Notes: a model not told the origin generated them from the sequence alone. Numbered from the whole stretch's first letter, positions 11,358 to 23,430 are shown. The stretch: DNA of 62,815 bases, filler included, from 9 parts of 9 records of this genome joined end to end with filler, not necessarily neighbours in it, one strand, 5' to 3'. Numbers and translations: made by a program.

Positions 11358-14208
11358 ATGGAGGCTCAGATCCAGCAGTTGATCTGCCGGGCCACCGCCC
11401 CGCTCGAGGCCCGCATTGCCGCGCTCGAGACCGGGCGGCAGCTTCCGGAGACTGGCCGGTCTGACAGCCTGTTTGGGCTGGAGCGGCGACAGGCTGAGTG
11501 CGAGCAGAGGCTCGCCCGGCACGAGGCCGAGGCGGACGGGCTGGCCGGTGCCACCGCCGACCGGTTGGAAGCGCTGGAGGCCCGGCTGGCCGAGCTGGAT
11601 CGGGCCCAGCTGCGCGACCAGCCTGAGTTAGCGGAGGCGATCGGCCAGCTGCACGGGCGCATGTCTCAACTCGAGCTGACTGGGGCTGACGGGCTGCGCG
11701 AGTGCCAGCGGGCGCTCGGTCGGATCGCGGAGCACAACAGCAACGAGCTGTCGGCCGGGCTGGCGCGGATGGGCAGCCACGTGGCGCTTGAAGCTGACTC
11801 GCAGGCTGCGGTGCTCGAGGCGGCCAGTAGGAAGGCCAGTGAGGCGCTCGCGGTGGCCGGGTCGGCGAGCAGCGGCGTGGAGGCGGTGCAGCGGCACCTG
11901 GCGTCGCAGAGGGAGACAATTGAGAAGGTGCGAGCCGGCAGCGGCGGCGTGCGAGCGTCTCGTGTCAGGTGGCGACGGCTCTCCGCGCGTGCATTCTGCA
12001 TCATGTGGCCACCGAGGCGGCCGAGCGGGCGCAGGAGCACTCGGAGCTGGTCCGTTTGATCGAAGTGGCCAGCCCGGGGATGCTCAGTTTTGTAGAAGAT
12101 CTTGGATCCGGCGGCTCCTCGCTGGACGCAGTGCAGAATGCTGTGGCAGGAATCGCCGAGGCCACGTGCCAGCACCAGGTGGCGAGGCCAGGCCGCTGGG
12201 CCGACCGGGCCGGGCAGGAGCGACACCATCAGGCGGTGGAGGCACTGCAGGCGGGGGTGATCCGGATGGAGGATCGACTGGATAGGCTGGAGGCAGCCAG
12301 GCGAGTGGCCTCATAATGCTATGCTGAATCGCTAGTTAGCGTGGTATCGGGAGTAACAGGGCTGTGACAGGCTGCCGGCCAAGCCGGAGCGCGGGCTTGA
12401 GTTGACGGACAACCAGCTGGATAAGGCGGTAGAGAAGGCATTGAAGCGCGCTCTGCCCGACGATCAGACAGCCAAAGGATTGAGCAACAAGGAGTGGAAG
12501 CAGCAGCTGAACGCCTGGATGCTCGCCGTGCCAGCCGGCCAGTCGATGGTGTCGGCCGGCGGGCAGTGTTGGGAGACGGTACGGGACCAGTTGGACGCGA
12601 TCCAAGACGATCTCGAGTCTCAGCTCTCTCAGGTCAAGGAGAGCATCCAGCGTGTCAAGCATGAGAGAGTGTCCATGCACCGACAATGGAAATCCGAGGC
12701 CGATGCGCTCAAGCAGTCGGTGGCTGGCACAGAGAGCCGGATGGACACTCGCTGGAAGGCTGAACTTTCGGCACGCGAGCAGTGGCAAGCTGAAAGTCTC
12801 TCGGTGGCGGCCGAGGAGCGTGAGACTATCAAGCAGGTGAACCAACGACCGGACGGCGCAAGTAGAGCGGTTGGGGCAGGTGATGCAGCTTCTGGGCGCC
12901 CGGGTGAGCAAAGGATGCGAGCTACTCGAGCAGTTGGGCGGCGCCGGGCAGGGCTGGCTTCTGGCAAAGGCTGCATCCGGCCGGGCCAGGGCTGACAGCT
13001 GGGCAGATCAAGGAAGCGGAAGTCCGGTTGCAGCGCGTGGTAGACACGTCACTCGAGGCGTCCAGGCTGGAGCAGCAGGAGAGCCAAGCCGTGTGGAGCG
13101 GCAGACTCGAGTCTGCGATTGCTGAGGCAAATCCTGTAATGAGTCAGCTCGCGAGCAGAAGGCAGGTGTGTTTAAGTGCAGCCTCGGACCGGCCGATTCC
13201 CGAGGGCGAGGAGGAGGAGCTGGCCAGACACTTGTCAGAGCTGCGGCGGCAGTTGATGGAGCAGGCGCTGGCCGGAAGTTGCCGGCCTGATTCGAGATCA
13301 GGTGCGCCGTGAGTCGGAAGCCCGGTACAAAGAGACGGCGGCGCTGCACCGCATGGTCCAGGAGGCGGCTATCGCTGGCCAGGCGAGTGGGTGAGGGGAT
13401 GGGCTGAGCTAGGGCAGGTGAGCGAGGCCAAGGAGGCGAGCTGGCAGCAGCAGGTGGGACTGCTCGAGCAACAAACTGGGCGGCAAGCAGACGAGATCGA
13501 GAATCTCAAACGCGAACGAGTGCAGATGCATATGCAGTGCAGCAGACTGGGCGAGCGGGTCAGCCAGTCGCAGCAACAGGTGCCAGTGCCGGCAGCGCGC
13601 CTTCAGCACGAGGGGAAGGTGGCCCAAGCACTCAAGCAGGCGGAAGCCAACTGGAAAATCCAGCTTGGAGCTGTGAGCGATGCCTATGAAGGCAGCGAGA
13701 AGAGCCGGCTACTGCGGGTGCCGACGCAGACTAGGCAGAACTGAGGGTGTCCTAAGGGCGAAGCGAGTGAGTTCCAACGGAAGATTGGAAACGACCTGGC
13801 GATCTGCACAGCCAGGGCAGAGGCTGCGAGGTGCGCGGCGAGGGTTTGGGAGCTGACCATTGGTCAGCGATGAAGTGATACGAGTTGAAGCGGCCATGCG
13901 CGAACGCATCGACAACAATGTGAACGAATGGACGAGACTTTTCAAGCAGGTTGAATCTCGTGTGGCTGGGTTGAATGTCTGAGGGGGGCCGCAGCACCAA
14001 GAAGGTCAGCAAGGTCAGGCGGAGGCGGTGGTGGAGGCGACCGAGGAGCTGTGCGAGATGCAGGCAAGACTGCTTGGCTGCTTGATTGCATAGCATCAGT
14101 CCTGAGTGAGCTTTGGTTGAGTTTGGGTTGCAGTTGCTCATAGCCAACCTTGGAGTCCGGCTAGAGGAGCTCGAGGCTCGGATCTCGCAAGCAGTAGCTA
14201 AAAAGTAG
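11358..14208 (+). CDS. Long coiled-coil protein, multi-intron
   Basis: Successive E/Q/A/R-rich heptad ORF pieces separated by short GT..AG segments. Exon structure not fully resolved. Confidence 0.6.
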
Positions 14209-14510
14209 CTGATCGGCATGACATTACGATTGATAAGTACTTATAAGTGCGCTCATACTGTACGTACTTTCGAGATGATTATTTAAAAGCCTTTTAATCG
14301 TAAAGGTACTTGCAATCCACTAAAGTGTGTACACTCGTGATATGCTCATCGCGTATATGGGCAGTGTAATGGGCTACTAAGTACTCAACCAAGACTTAAT
14401 CAAGACTACCGATACTTGCGAGTAATGTCAGGTCAGGGTTAGTTCAGGAAATGTGCAGCACTGTATAATTAACGGTAGCGCGAGGGACCCGCTGTCGTCG
14501 CACGCGCAGC

Positions 14511-14616
14511 ATGGGTGCGCGCACCAGCTGCGGCGTGTGTAGCGAACGGTTCCGGGGCAGGTGACGTGAAGAAGGGAGCCAAGGTGTTCAAGCAGAAGTG
14601 CCTCCAGTGCCACACT
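14511..14616 (+). CDS. CYC: Mitochondrial cytochrome c, 5' fragment truncated by contig end
   Basis: ATG-G, 46-nt intron at 14515-14560, then M-G-DVKKGAKVFKQKCLQCHT with the CxxCH haem motif. Absent from the ORF track. Confidence 0.9.
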
Positions 14617-14716
14617 NNNNNNNNNNNNNNNNNNNNNNNNNNNNNNNNNNNNNNNNNNNNTTAATTAATTAANNNNNNNNNNNNNNNNNNNNNNNNNNNN
14701 NNNNNNNNNNNNNNNN
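14617..14716. other. Artificial contig spacer (also at 23431-23530, 31789-31888, 37257-37356, 42362-42461, 49376-49475, 53085-53184, 57204-57303)
   Basis: Identical 100-nt N44-TTAATTAATTAA-N44 blocks carrying stops in all six frames. Confidence 0.99.
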
Positions 14717-15448
14717 GTACTCGTCCGGCGACAGCTCCGCCGCCCCTCCCACAAACACCTCCCACGCCCCCGCGGGCACCCCGCGCGGCGCTCGGCTTCC
14801 GAGCGCCTGCCTCAACCCTTTGAGTCTCCTCCCACCGAAAGCCACACCCTCCACCAGGCCGCCTGTGCAGATCAGAGGCAGTAGCCCGGCCCCGGCAGCC
14901 CGCAGCGTGAGCACTTCGAGCCAGGTGCCCGGCCCGCCGCCCACCACCACATACTGCCGGGCCAGTGAGCTGAGCGCAACGTTTCGCCTCGAGAAGCCGC
15001 TGCCGACGAACCCGACGAACCAGGGCCCTTCCCGCTCCCGCGGCTGCCCGTCTTCCGCGAACAGGATCCCCCGCAGGTCGGCACACGCTCCCGAGCAGCA
15101 CGGGAGTATATGCACCACTGGCTTGCCCAGCCGGCCGAATGCCCTCGCAAAATCACCCTGCGGGCCCTCCATGCTGCCACCGACCAGCAGCGCGGAGCCG
15201 CGCTCCGCTGCACCTGCGGCAGCCGCCTGGACGGCCCGCCGCACGAATGCGGGCCCGGCCTCACGGTACCGGAGTCCGGGGTAGCTGTAGCTTATCGATC
15301 CGACCAGACCAACCCAGCCGGCCTCCGAGCCCACCGCCGTGCACAGCACGGCCCGGAGCGCCGGGACCTCCCCGGCCGGGTCAACGCACACCAGCCGGCC
15401 GCCGGCGTCTGGGCAGCCCTCGAGCAGCCCGGTCCACCAGTCGTCCAT
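14717..15448 (-). CDS. SLOG (Smf/DprA-LOG) superfamily nucleotide-binding domain protein, 3' truncated
   Basis: VGLVGS...LLVGG..EG...RRNVAL...VVVGGGPGTWLE...PL..TGG. Confidence 0.7.
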
Positions 15449-15521
15449 CGCCCGTTGACAGCCGGCGCCGGCCGGGCTGGAGCCAGGATCGAGGACAGGC
15501 GCCCTGCCCAGGGAGTGACAA

Positions 15522-18500
15522 ATGGCAGGCCTGGATGGCGAGGACGGGCCGCCCGAGCTGAGCTCGGAGGCTCCGGCCGCCGTGGCACCACCCAGGCTGA
15601 GACGAGTCGAAACCCCGGGCCAGTTCCCGGCGCGCCCCGGGGTTTTGACTCGCCTCAGCCTGGATGGCCCGCAAGCTCCGCGGCGCGACCCGGTGATCGT
15701 GCTGGAAGAGCTCTCGCACAAAAATAAGGAGGTGGGCGCCCCGGCCAGCGCGGGCTGAGCCAGTAGACAGCGAGTAGTACGCTTCAGCTGGGTGATGGCG
15801 CTGCTGGGGTGATACGCCGCCGGCTGGGGCGGCTGTGAGCTGTGGCAGGTTTCTGTGGCTGTTTATGCTAGTTGGGGAAGCCTCAGAGTCGAGGGACTGG
15901 GACGAGTCGGACTGGTTTCCCAGGAAGTCATGGCTTAACTACGTCTATATGTACACCTCCGTGGTGCTGTTCGTGGTGCTGTGGGTCGTCCTAATCGGGT
16001 GCGCGGCTGGCGGGCGCGGGGTGCCAGCCTGGCGGGGCAGCTACTGCACCATCACATTCGTGATATACCGGTCGGCAGTCGTGATGCCCCAGCAGATTTG
16101 GGTACTGCTGGTGCTTTTGCCCACTGCGTTGATCTGGTTAGGCCATACGGCTACGGTGACATCACTTGCCCATGGCCACTGATCTCCAGAACAGGCCTGT
16201 GTAGCCGATTTCGACGAGAGCGAGTTTACATACCGCGAGGATCAAATTGGGCGCGAGCCAGTTTTTGCGGTACTCTTGACTTGCAGGGGCTGCAATACTA
16301 GGGTGTGCCAGGTCAACATTGCGTTTTACCTTGGATGTGTTCTGTGCTATTTCCTGCTGCATCTCTGCTCTGGGCAGCAGGCACTTGCTCGGTGGCTTGC
16401 AGTGCTGACCACCTCGGCAGGCCATCAGCTTGCAAAGGTACTGCTGCTTGGCACCCCCTCGTTATCCTCTGGCTTTTTACTTTGGCCCAGTGGCGTGCTC
16501 GCTACTCTATGCGGGGTGGCTCGTTCTAGGGCCCGGATCACCCGGCCGTCGGCCAGGTTCACATTGGGTGTCCAGTTGGGCTACAAGGTCCACATATATC
16601 CAGTTCTGGTCATCGGGGTCACTCAGTCTAGCCTCGCGGCTGACCCTGGCGGCAGATCATTTATGCAGTTAAGATAGCCGACACCACCTGGGACAGTAGT
16701 GGCCTCGCGATTTGTTTAGTGGTGCCTGTCGGCTGGCTCGGGCTCAACCGATCCTTTGGCAGGTACTCGATTTACTCCAAGCGCTCATCGTGTGGCTGCC
16801 GTCGGGCCTAGAGTTAGCTAGCTGCAGGTGGTTTACTTTGTGCTGCGCAAAAGCTTTGCCCGGCGCAGTATGACTGAACGGCGCATGGAGGCATGCACAT
16901 ATGTTTAGGCTGCTAGCTGACAGGCTTGAATGCAGGATGTCATAGAAGCAGGAGGACAAGGTGATACAGGCGCAGGCGGCCAGATGCGATCTTCCAAGCC
17001 TCTGTCGTCATCTGCTCCATCGTGGCTCCGAGCCTCGTTTCCGAAGACATCTGAAGCCTTGTTCCCGCATCCAAGTCCACCGACGGCGGTAATGGCAGTC
17101 GCAGTGGTCGGTTGGGGTTAGGCTGGGCGCCAGATGGATGAGCAGTTGTTTTACGATTACAATAGGGTGAGACACACAGAGTGGTACCATTTCCTCAACA
17201 CCTGCATTAGGACTATTATCTTCACTCAGGCAAACATTAGCAGGCCCCAGGGACTTAGGGTGCTGGTCAGGTATATCTGCTTCTTGCGTCGATACTGCTG
17301 CCCAGTCCCACAGGGGAGCATGTATTTGCCCTCACCCGCCTTCTTGACTTGAGCCCAACTGCAGCGCATCACATCGCTGTTTCCACAGAACACGATGCTC
17401 GGTTTCTTTCTGATCGTTTCCGGCCACGTGAGTCCCCAGCCCCAGCCGATTTGAGCCGGATGCTCAGGCCATTGAGGAAGCTCTGATCCATCTTCCACAC
17501 GGGATACTTGGCAAGCACCGCAAATCGCCCCCAAATTGCTCCTATTGCGAGCTGGAGCCTGCCCAGTCGGAGCTCGAGGGGGCCTGGTTTGAGCAAGCTG
17601 GAGTTCAGCTGCAGCTAGAGCGGCTGGTGCTCGCATGGAGCTGTGCGCGGGCGGTAGTTGCATTGATAGCATTGCGATTGTGACATTTGAGCTTGCAAGA
17701 TGGATTTGAAGACTGACCAAGCAGACCCAATGTTCGAGTGCAGACTCTCGCGCCAGCTCAGGTGCTGCACGGAATGGGCTTGCACCTAGGGTTGGACAGC
17801 TGGCTTGTGCCCACGGGCCGGATGTCGCCAACTTTAGAGGTGGTTCGAACAACTGGAGAAAGTGCACAGGCAGCCCCCGCCCAGCCATGGCAATAAGTGT
17901 CACCAGGCGGGCTCTCAACCACTGAGTCCGAGCAAGCCACTCCGCACCTTTGTGGCTGGTGAAACAGTCGGGGCGATATTTTCACTTCGAGACAGGCACT
18001 GACTCTAGCTGGCTGGTTATGATTGCTGGGACAGGCTGGTGTGCTCATTCCGGGGATCCAAGGTCGGCTGCCGCTGGCCCTGGCTGAGCTGTTCGAAATG
18101 TGAAGGTCAACCAGCAGAATCTGAAAACCGATCTGCTCTGCTGTCAGGTTCCCTAGATATAATTGAAACTCCTGGGCCACCTGGCTTGATTCTGGCCCTG
18201 CAGAAGGACGTGGAATTGGATTCGTTGAGCAGTCGTCTACTTCGTCAAAGCACGATGGTCAACCATTCATTCACAGTTGATCCTGATTCCTCGGACCGGC
18301 AGTTTGCTGTGCACTCGGGTGCTGAATCAGCCTGCTATCGAGGAGCTGAGCCTGGTGGGCAGGGTTTGAAGAGGCCTTCCGACAGATCTGGCTGGACAGT
18401 CCGTCGCTGCCTGACCATCAGGGTTGGCACCTGAGCCCTGAGCTGGCTAAACGGGCGCCGCAGGGATGCTGAGCTTTCTACTAGAGGTTTATCGCGACCC

Positions 18501-19231
18501 TCACCATGCGACCAAGCCACTGGTGCTGGTTGGGCACAGCCTGGGTGGCGCGCTGGCCCTTCTGGCTTGTGTTGGATTGGCGCATGAGGCGAGCCAGCCA
18601 AACTCGCCGCTGCAGCCGCTGCTCGACAGAAGGCAAAATCAGTACGATCCAGAGCTGTGTGACACCAGGCTGTCGCTCTGGACGTTTGGATGCCCAAAGG
18701 CAGCACCTGGCTGCTTAATCATTCTTGAGGGCAGCAGCAGGTGGGTGACAAGCGGCTTACCGACTTTCTGGCTGCCCGAGTGCCTGACAACTGGCGTGTG
18801 TTTACAAACTCGGACCCTGTTGCGCAGCTGCCACCGAATGCTGGCGGGTGCTGCCCTGGCTGAAGATGATGGCGAATGGGGAGGGCAGGTGCTTTGGGGT
18901 GCATAGTGAGTGGCAGCACGTGGGCACTCCTGTGATGCTCTCTGAGGAGTGTCTGGGCCATGGGAGTGAAATTATAATCCACCCGCCCCACTTGGAGGAC
19001 TCTCACACTGGCCAGGCAGCCCGCCCTGGTGCCAGGCCGGGCCTCATCGGCGCTCAGGTGGTGAACCTCTGTAACTTTTATGCTTCTCGGCACAGAATGA
19101 AGCATTATCGCGTATGCCTGGTTCAGTGGATCCAAGCGACTAGCTCGGTGCACCAGGAACGATTACTCGACCAACTGCTCAAGGTTATGCGCCAAATCAA
19201 GCCCCAGCTGACTGGCGCTGGGGCAGAATGA
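15522..19231 (+). CDS. Multi-TM class 3 lipase, multi-intron
   Basis: Hydrophobic N-terminal exons, then VGHSLGGALA, TFGCPK|VGD, NSDPVAQLPP, WQHVG and HRMKHY (S-D-H triad motifs). Confidence 0.75.
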
Positions 19232-19688
19232 AGTACCAAACGACGAGCAACTTGAAGCGCGTCTTGGGTGGCAGAGCGAAAGGCTTGACTGACTGAGTTT
19301 GGCTGTGTAGGGGAACGAACGGGATGTCTGACGCTGCTGATGAAGAAAATTGGTTTGGCCAATTAGATACTGCAAGGGCAGAAGCTCAGCTATGACCTAC
19401 AGTAGCTATGATATAGCTATGACCTGTTTTAGACATATTTAAGACACGTTTTAACATTACACAATTATGATGGATCAATAATAATATTACGTACAGTGTA
19501 TTGAATAATGCATGCGCAATGAATCCATACTCAGCGTACGTAACTGAGCGCTGACTAGCCCGGCGCTGACAATAATGTCGAAATCGATCGCATTGTCCTC
19601 GCACACTGCATAACCGCTAGTAACCGCCAGTAACCGCTAGCACAAGCAACCCTACACACCCTAGGCCATTGTCCTGGCGGCCTTGGCC

Positions 19689-20900
19689 TCACAAGGGCTC
19701 GAGCTCGCCGCAATCGCGCACAATCACATTGGATATCAGCTGGCCATCCATCCGCGGCCACTTCTCCACGTCACGGAAGATGCCCATCCCCTCTACCACT
19801 CTGCCGAACGCCACATACTTGCGGTCACACCACGGCGCCGGCTGCATCAGCACAGCCCACTGGGAGTTGTTGGTCCCCGGGCCCTTGTTGACCATTGTGA
19901 GTATGCCAGAATCGTCATGTGGCACCTTGAAGTTCTCGTCCTCGAAATACCCGCCGTAGATCGACTCCCCCTCCGTCCCGTCGTTGTTCACAATGTCACC
20001 GCCTTCGAGGCTGAACCCCTCCTGGATCCGCAGGATCTTAGTGCCCTTGTAGTGCAGTGGCTTGCCATGAACCTTGCCCAGGCCCTTTTCGCCCGTGCAC
20101 AGTGCCCTGAAATTCTCGCAGGTCTTGGGCACCCGGTCGATGAACAGCTCGAACACCACCCGCCCGAGCACGATCTCGTTCCCCTCGTCGTCCGTGCAGT
20201 CCCGCGGGTCCAGCGATAGTTCGAAGAAACACCGAGGGTACCGCCAGCCGTTCGCCCCCTTGTACAGCCCCCCCTGCTCAAACATGGAAGCCACCATCTT
20301 CTGGTCCGCCGCCTTGGCCTCCTTCTCCTCGCCCCGCACCGCCTTGAGCAGCTTGACGATCGCCGCGTCGTTGGGGGCGTGCTTCAGCGCTTCCTTCAAG
20401 TCCTCGCGCGCCGCCGCAAACCGCTTCAGCCCGTGGTTGGCTTGCCCGCGCCGGTACAGCCCCTTCGGATGGTCCGGCTTGCACTTGAGGGCGGCGTTGC
20501 TCGCCACCAGCGCCACCTCGTAGTCGTTCTGCTTGAGGCCGCACATGGCGATGTTGAGCCAGCAGGCGGCCTGGGCCTCGTGAAGCTCGCTCACCATCTC
20601 GGGCGACACGTTCGGCGCCTCAGGCTTGAGCCTATCCGGGGCACTGGCCGCCTCGTCCGCCTCAGCCTGCGCCCGCTCGAACTCGAAGGTCACCTCGAGC
20701 GCATCCCGGTAGGTGGTCTCGGCCCGCTCGAACTCGCCGGACCGGAAGAGCGTGTTGCCCTCGGCCCGGAGCTGCTCGGTCCTGGCGAGCACCTGGGCCT
20801 GCTCGCCCATCGCCTGCGCCTGCTGGATCAGCTCCTGCCGCTCCAGCTCCAGCACTTTACGCTCCGTCTCCTCCCCGACGGCTTCCTCACCTTCAGCCAT
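19689..20900 (-). CDS. TPR + cyclophilin-type PPIase, intronless
   Basis: Three TPRs (EGNTLFR, LNIAMCGLK, KGLYRRGQA), then GRVVFELF..VPKTCENFRALCTGEKG, GESIYG, FEDENF and FGRVVEGM. Confidence 0.92.
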   Translation of the reverse strand: MAEGEEAVGEETERKVLELERQELIQQAQAMGEQAQVLARTEQLRAEGNTLFRSGEFERAETTYRDALEVTFEFERAQAEADEAASAPDRLKPEAPNVSPEMVSELHEAQAACWLNIAMCGLKQNDYEVALVASNAALKCKPDHPKGLYRRGQANHGLKRFAAAREDLKEALKHAPNDAAIVKLLKAVRGEEKEAKAADQKMVASMFEQGGLYKGANGWRYPRCFFELSLDPRDCTDDEGNEIVLGRVVFELFIDRVPKTCENFRALCTGEKGLGKVHGKPLHYKGTKILRIQEGFSLEGGDIVNNDGTEGESIYGGYFEDENFKVPHDDSGILTMVNKGPGTNNSQWAVLMQPAPWCDRKYVAFGRVVEGMGIFRDVEKWPRMDGQLISNVIVRDCGELEPL

Positions 20901-20967
20901 CGAGGGCCTTGAAATCGTAAGTCAAAGTCCGTTGTGATCTGCTGATCTTTGGCAGGGGGTTGCGGCC

Positions 20968-21504
20968 ATGGATCTGCCGATGTTCATGGTGGACACGCCG
21001 GCCGAGCCTGCCCAGTCTCCCACATCTCCGACTGAGCCCGGGCTCCCGACGGGTCTCCGGCCGTTGGCGGGCTGGGAGGGCGAGGCGAGCCCCAAACACG
21101 AAGATTCTGGATGCCCGCTATTCCCGCTACCTCTGGGGCACAAGCCCGATCAGCCGAGCCCGGCCGAGGCCGCCGAGGCCGCCGAGGCCCACGGGAGTAC
21201 ACTGGTGCTGAAGCAGTGGAACCCGGACCAGGAGGGAGATGTCAACGACACCGCCGCTGCACTGCTGGAGGGAGATGGCGAAGCCAGCGAATGCATCCAA
21301 CTGTTCCGGTCGATATGCAAGCGGGACGAGGGCTGCAGCCAGGCACTGCCCGGGCTGATTGCCGCGGTTCAGGCGGGGGGTAGGGCAAGGCGCTGCTCAG
21401 GCGGCTGGGAGCTGTGTTGGAGGAGGAATTGGCCGCGGCCGCGAGGGGGCGGAAGAGACACGACGGGGATTGGCACAGGTCGCGCCTGGCAGCTCGGGGT
21501 GTGA
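20968..21504 (+). CDS. Hypothetical protein
   Basis: ORF divergent from the cyclophilin gene with coding-like composition. No recognisable motif; 3' end uncertain. Confidence 0.4.
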   Translation: MDLPMFMVDTPAEPAQSPTSPTEPGLPTGLRPLAGWEGEASPKHEDSGCPLFPLPLGHKPDQPSPAEAAEAAEAHGSTLVLKQWNPDQEGDVNDTAAALLEGDGEASECIQLFRSICKRDEGCSQALPGLIAAVQAGGRARRCSGGWELCWRRNWPRPRGGGRDTTGIGTGRAWQLGV

Positions 21505-21779
21505 GACGGCGGGGGCAGGCATGCGCATTTTAATGACGATTGGGACTGGGACTATTGGACGTGCTGCGGCTGCGAGGTTGAGGATAACCCGTTTTGTGTA
21601 TTTCCAAACCGATGTGTCCCCGTCAAACCTTCTTATTTAGATTGACTAAACTCAGCTACGTATAACTCAGCTAGTGATTTACTGAGTGCATCTACAGCCG
21701 GAATTTTAAAACACATCAGCGTCTCGATGTCGTAATACTGGTACAATGCGTATACAATGCGGCGTGTGCCATATGCCAG

Positions 21780-23430
21780 TTAATCAACAGGTGCGTGCCA
21801 AGGTAGGTTCAAGACAGCACGCGGCGACAGTGGCTTAGCATGCTCTTGTGGAACCATAGGAGCCTTCGGCGAGGGCGGCTGGGGCCTTCGGCGGAGCATT
21901 TCTTCTCGTTGAATACGCGACTGCTCGATTGACGACAGATCTGCACTAGGAGGTGCTGCCAGCTTGATATCTTGAAGCTGCACGTGCATATGGGAATCAA
22001 CAACGACAAATGTGGGCAGTCACCTGATCAGTTTCGACCTTATCCAAAGCAAGATGGCCCTGCAGAGCACTCTGCATTTTGAGGAGTTTTGATTGCATAT
22101 CTTCAAGCTCTGTCGCGTGCCTTTGTTCCTACAAGAATTACAATTGGTCAGTGACACACAGCAGTTCACCTCTTCATCGTCTGAGTGCTGCAGAGTCAGG
22201 TCTGTTACTTCTGCTAAAGCGAATCGAAGCTGCTGACATTCGGTTTCTTTGATTTTCAAGGCCTCAGCCGACTCAGTTAGGACGCATTTCAACTTTTGCC
22301 GCTCCACATCCATAGCAGAAATTTGTTCACGACGTCCAGAATTTCTCAGAACTCATCTGGTGAAAAGGTCGCCGAGCTCATCAAAGAGGTCACTAAGGAG
22401 TTGTTTCGGCAGCACCAACGCCAAGTAGAAATCAAGGGAATGACAATTAAAGCTATGTTTAAGATGGTTGCTGAGAAGAACGCGATGATGCAAGACAAAA
22501 GCTAGGGGCAGCTGAGGCTGAAGTCGCAGGTCTGAAGGTTGAGCGAGATGATGCTGCATCGTCGGCCTCGCGCTTATTAGTCAAGCGCAACGAACTCCGT
22601 GATGCCCTAGATAAGGCCAGGTCAGACTTGGACAATGCTACTGCTGAGATGACGAGAGTAGAAGATGCTCTTGACATCGCGCAGAAGGAGAAAGAGAACA
22701 TAGCGATGCAGCTTAGCGATGCAAAGCTTGACGCAGAAAACATGCAAGCTGTGTGCAATGACCTACGCAGCGCCTATGATGGCCTGGAGAAACAGATGAC
22801 TGGTATGCAGAAGATTGAGAAAGATTTGAAGGGCGCAGTAAGAGACGCACAGTCGAAGGAAGCTGCAGCATTGTTAAAGATAGAGGAGCTAGAGATCAGC
22901 AGAACTGAGGCGCTGACGCTCGTTCAACTGGTTCAAATCCGTAATACACTGCTCTCGCTTCGCTTTGAGTTCGTTTACACTATGTTCCAGCTCCTGTTTG
23001 AGAGCATCCCTTTCTTGCCTTAAGTCGTCGTGCGATTGCGTTAAATCTTTCACTTTCAGCCTTTCAGCTGCTAGCTGCCCTTCGACTTCCTGCATCTTGG
23101 TCTGCACTGCTGTGGTCTTATTGGCAAGATCTGCTGACTGCTTAATGACTTTAGAAGAATCGAGGCGCTGTGTGAGCTTATTACAGAGCGCATCTACCCT
23201 TTTCTGTGGCATTCTAGTAATCTTCTTCGTTAAGTCTTCGTTCAACACGCCCTGTGTCTCACTGAGCACTGTCTCAATGGCTTCAAGCGTCTTCCGAGTC
23301 TCAGATGTGACGTATTTGATCGCTTCCGGGCGCAGAGAAATATCCGCCTCTTTGACAGACCCCTTTAACACCTCGGACACCCTCCCCCACCGGTTCGTCC
23401 CCCCGCCGGGCCCAGAAACTGCTGCAGCAA
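21780..23430 (-). pseudogene. Coiled-coil gene (5' truncated) interrupted by an inverted 548-bp segment and a frameshift
   Basis: Coiled-coil coding on the minus strand at 23430-22904 and about 22350-21780 (two introns), but on the plus strand at 22356-22903. Confidence 0.6.

Noticed and set aside
10444-11919. 491-aa Rho ORF with a long N-terminal extension
   Set aside because: The extension is the antisense of the neighbouring coiled-coil gene. The real start is 11259, and two introns (81 nt in total) keep the frame open by chance.
14511-14616. Euglenozoan identity with non-conventional structured introns
   Set aside because: Cytochrome c has CxxCH (euglenozoans have AxxCH), and the resolved introns have GT/GC-AG ends.
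14661-14672. TTAATTAATTAA palindrome repeated eight times
   Set aside because: It is always centred in identical N blocks, so it is a concatenation linker and not biology.
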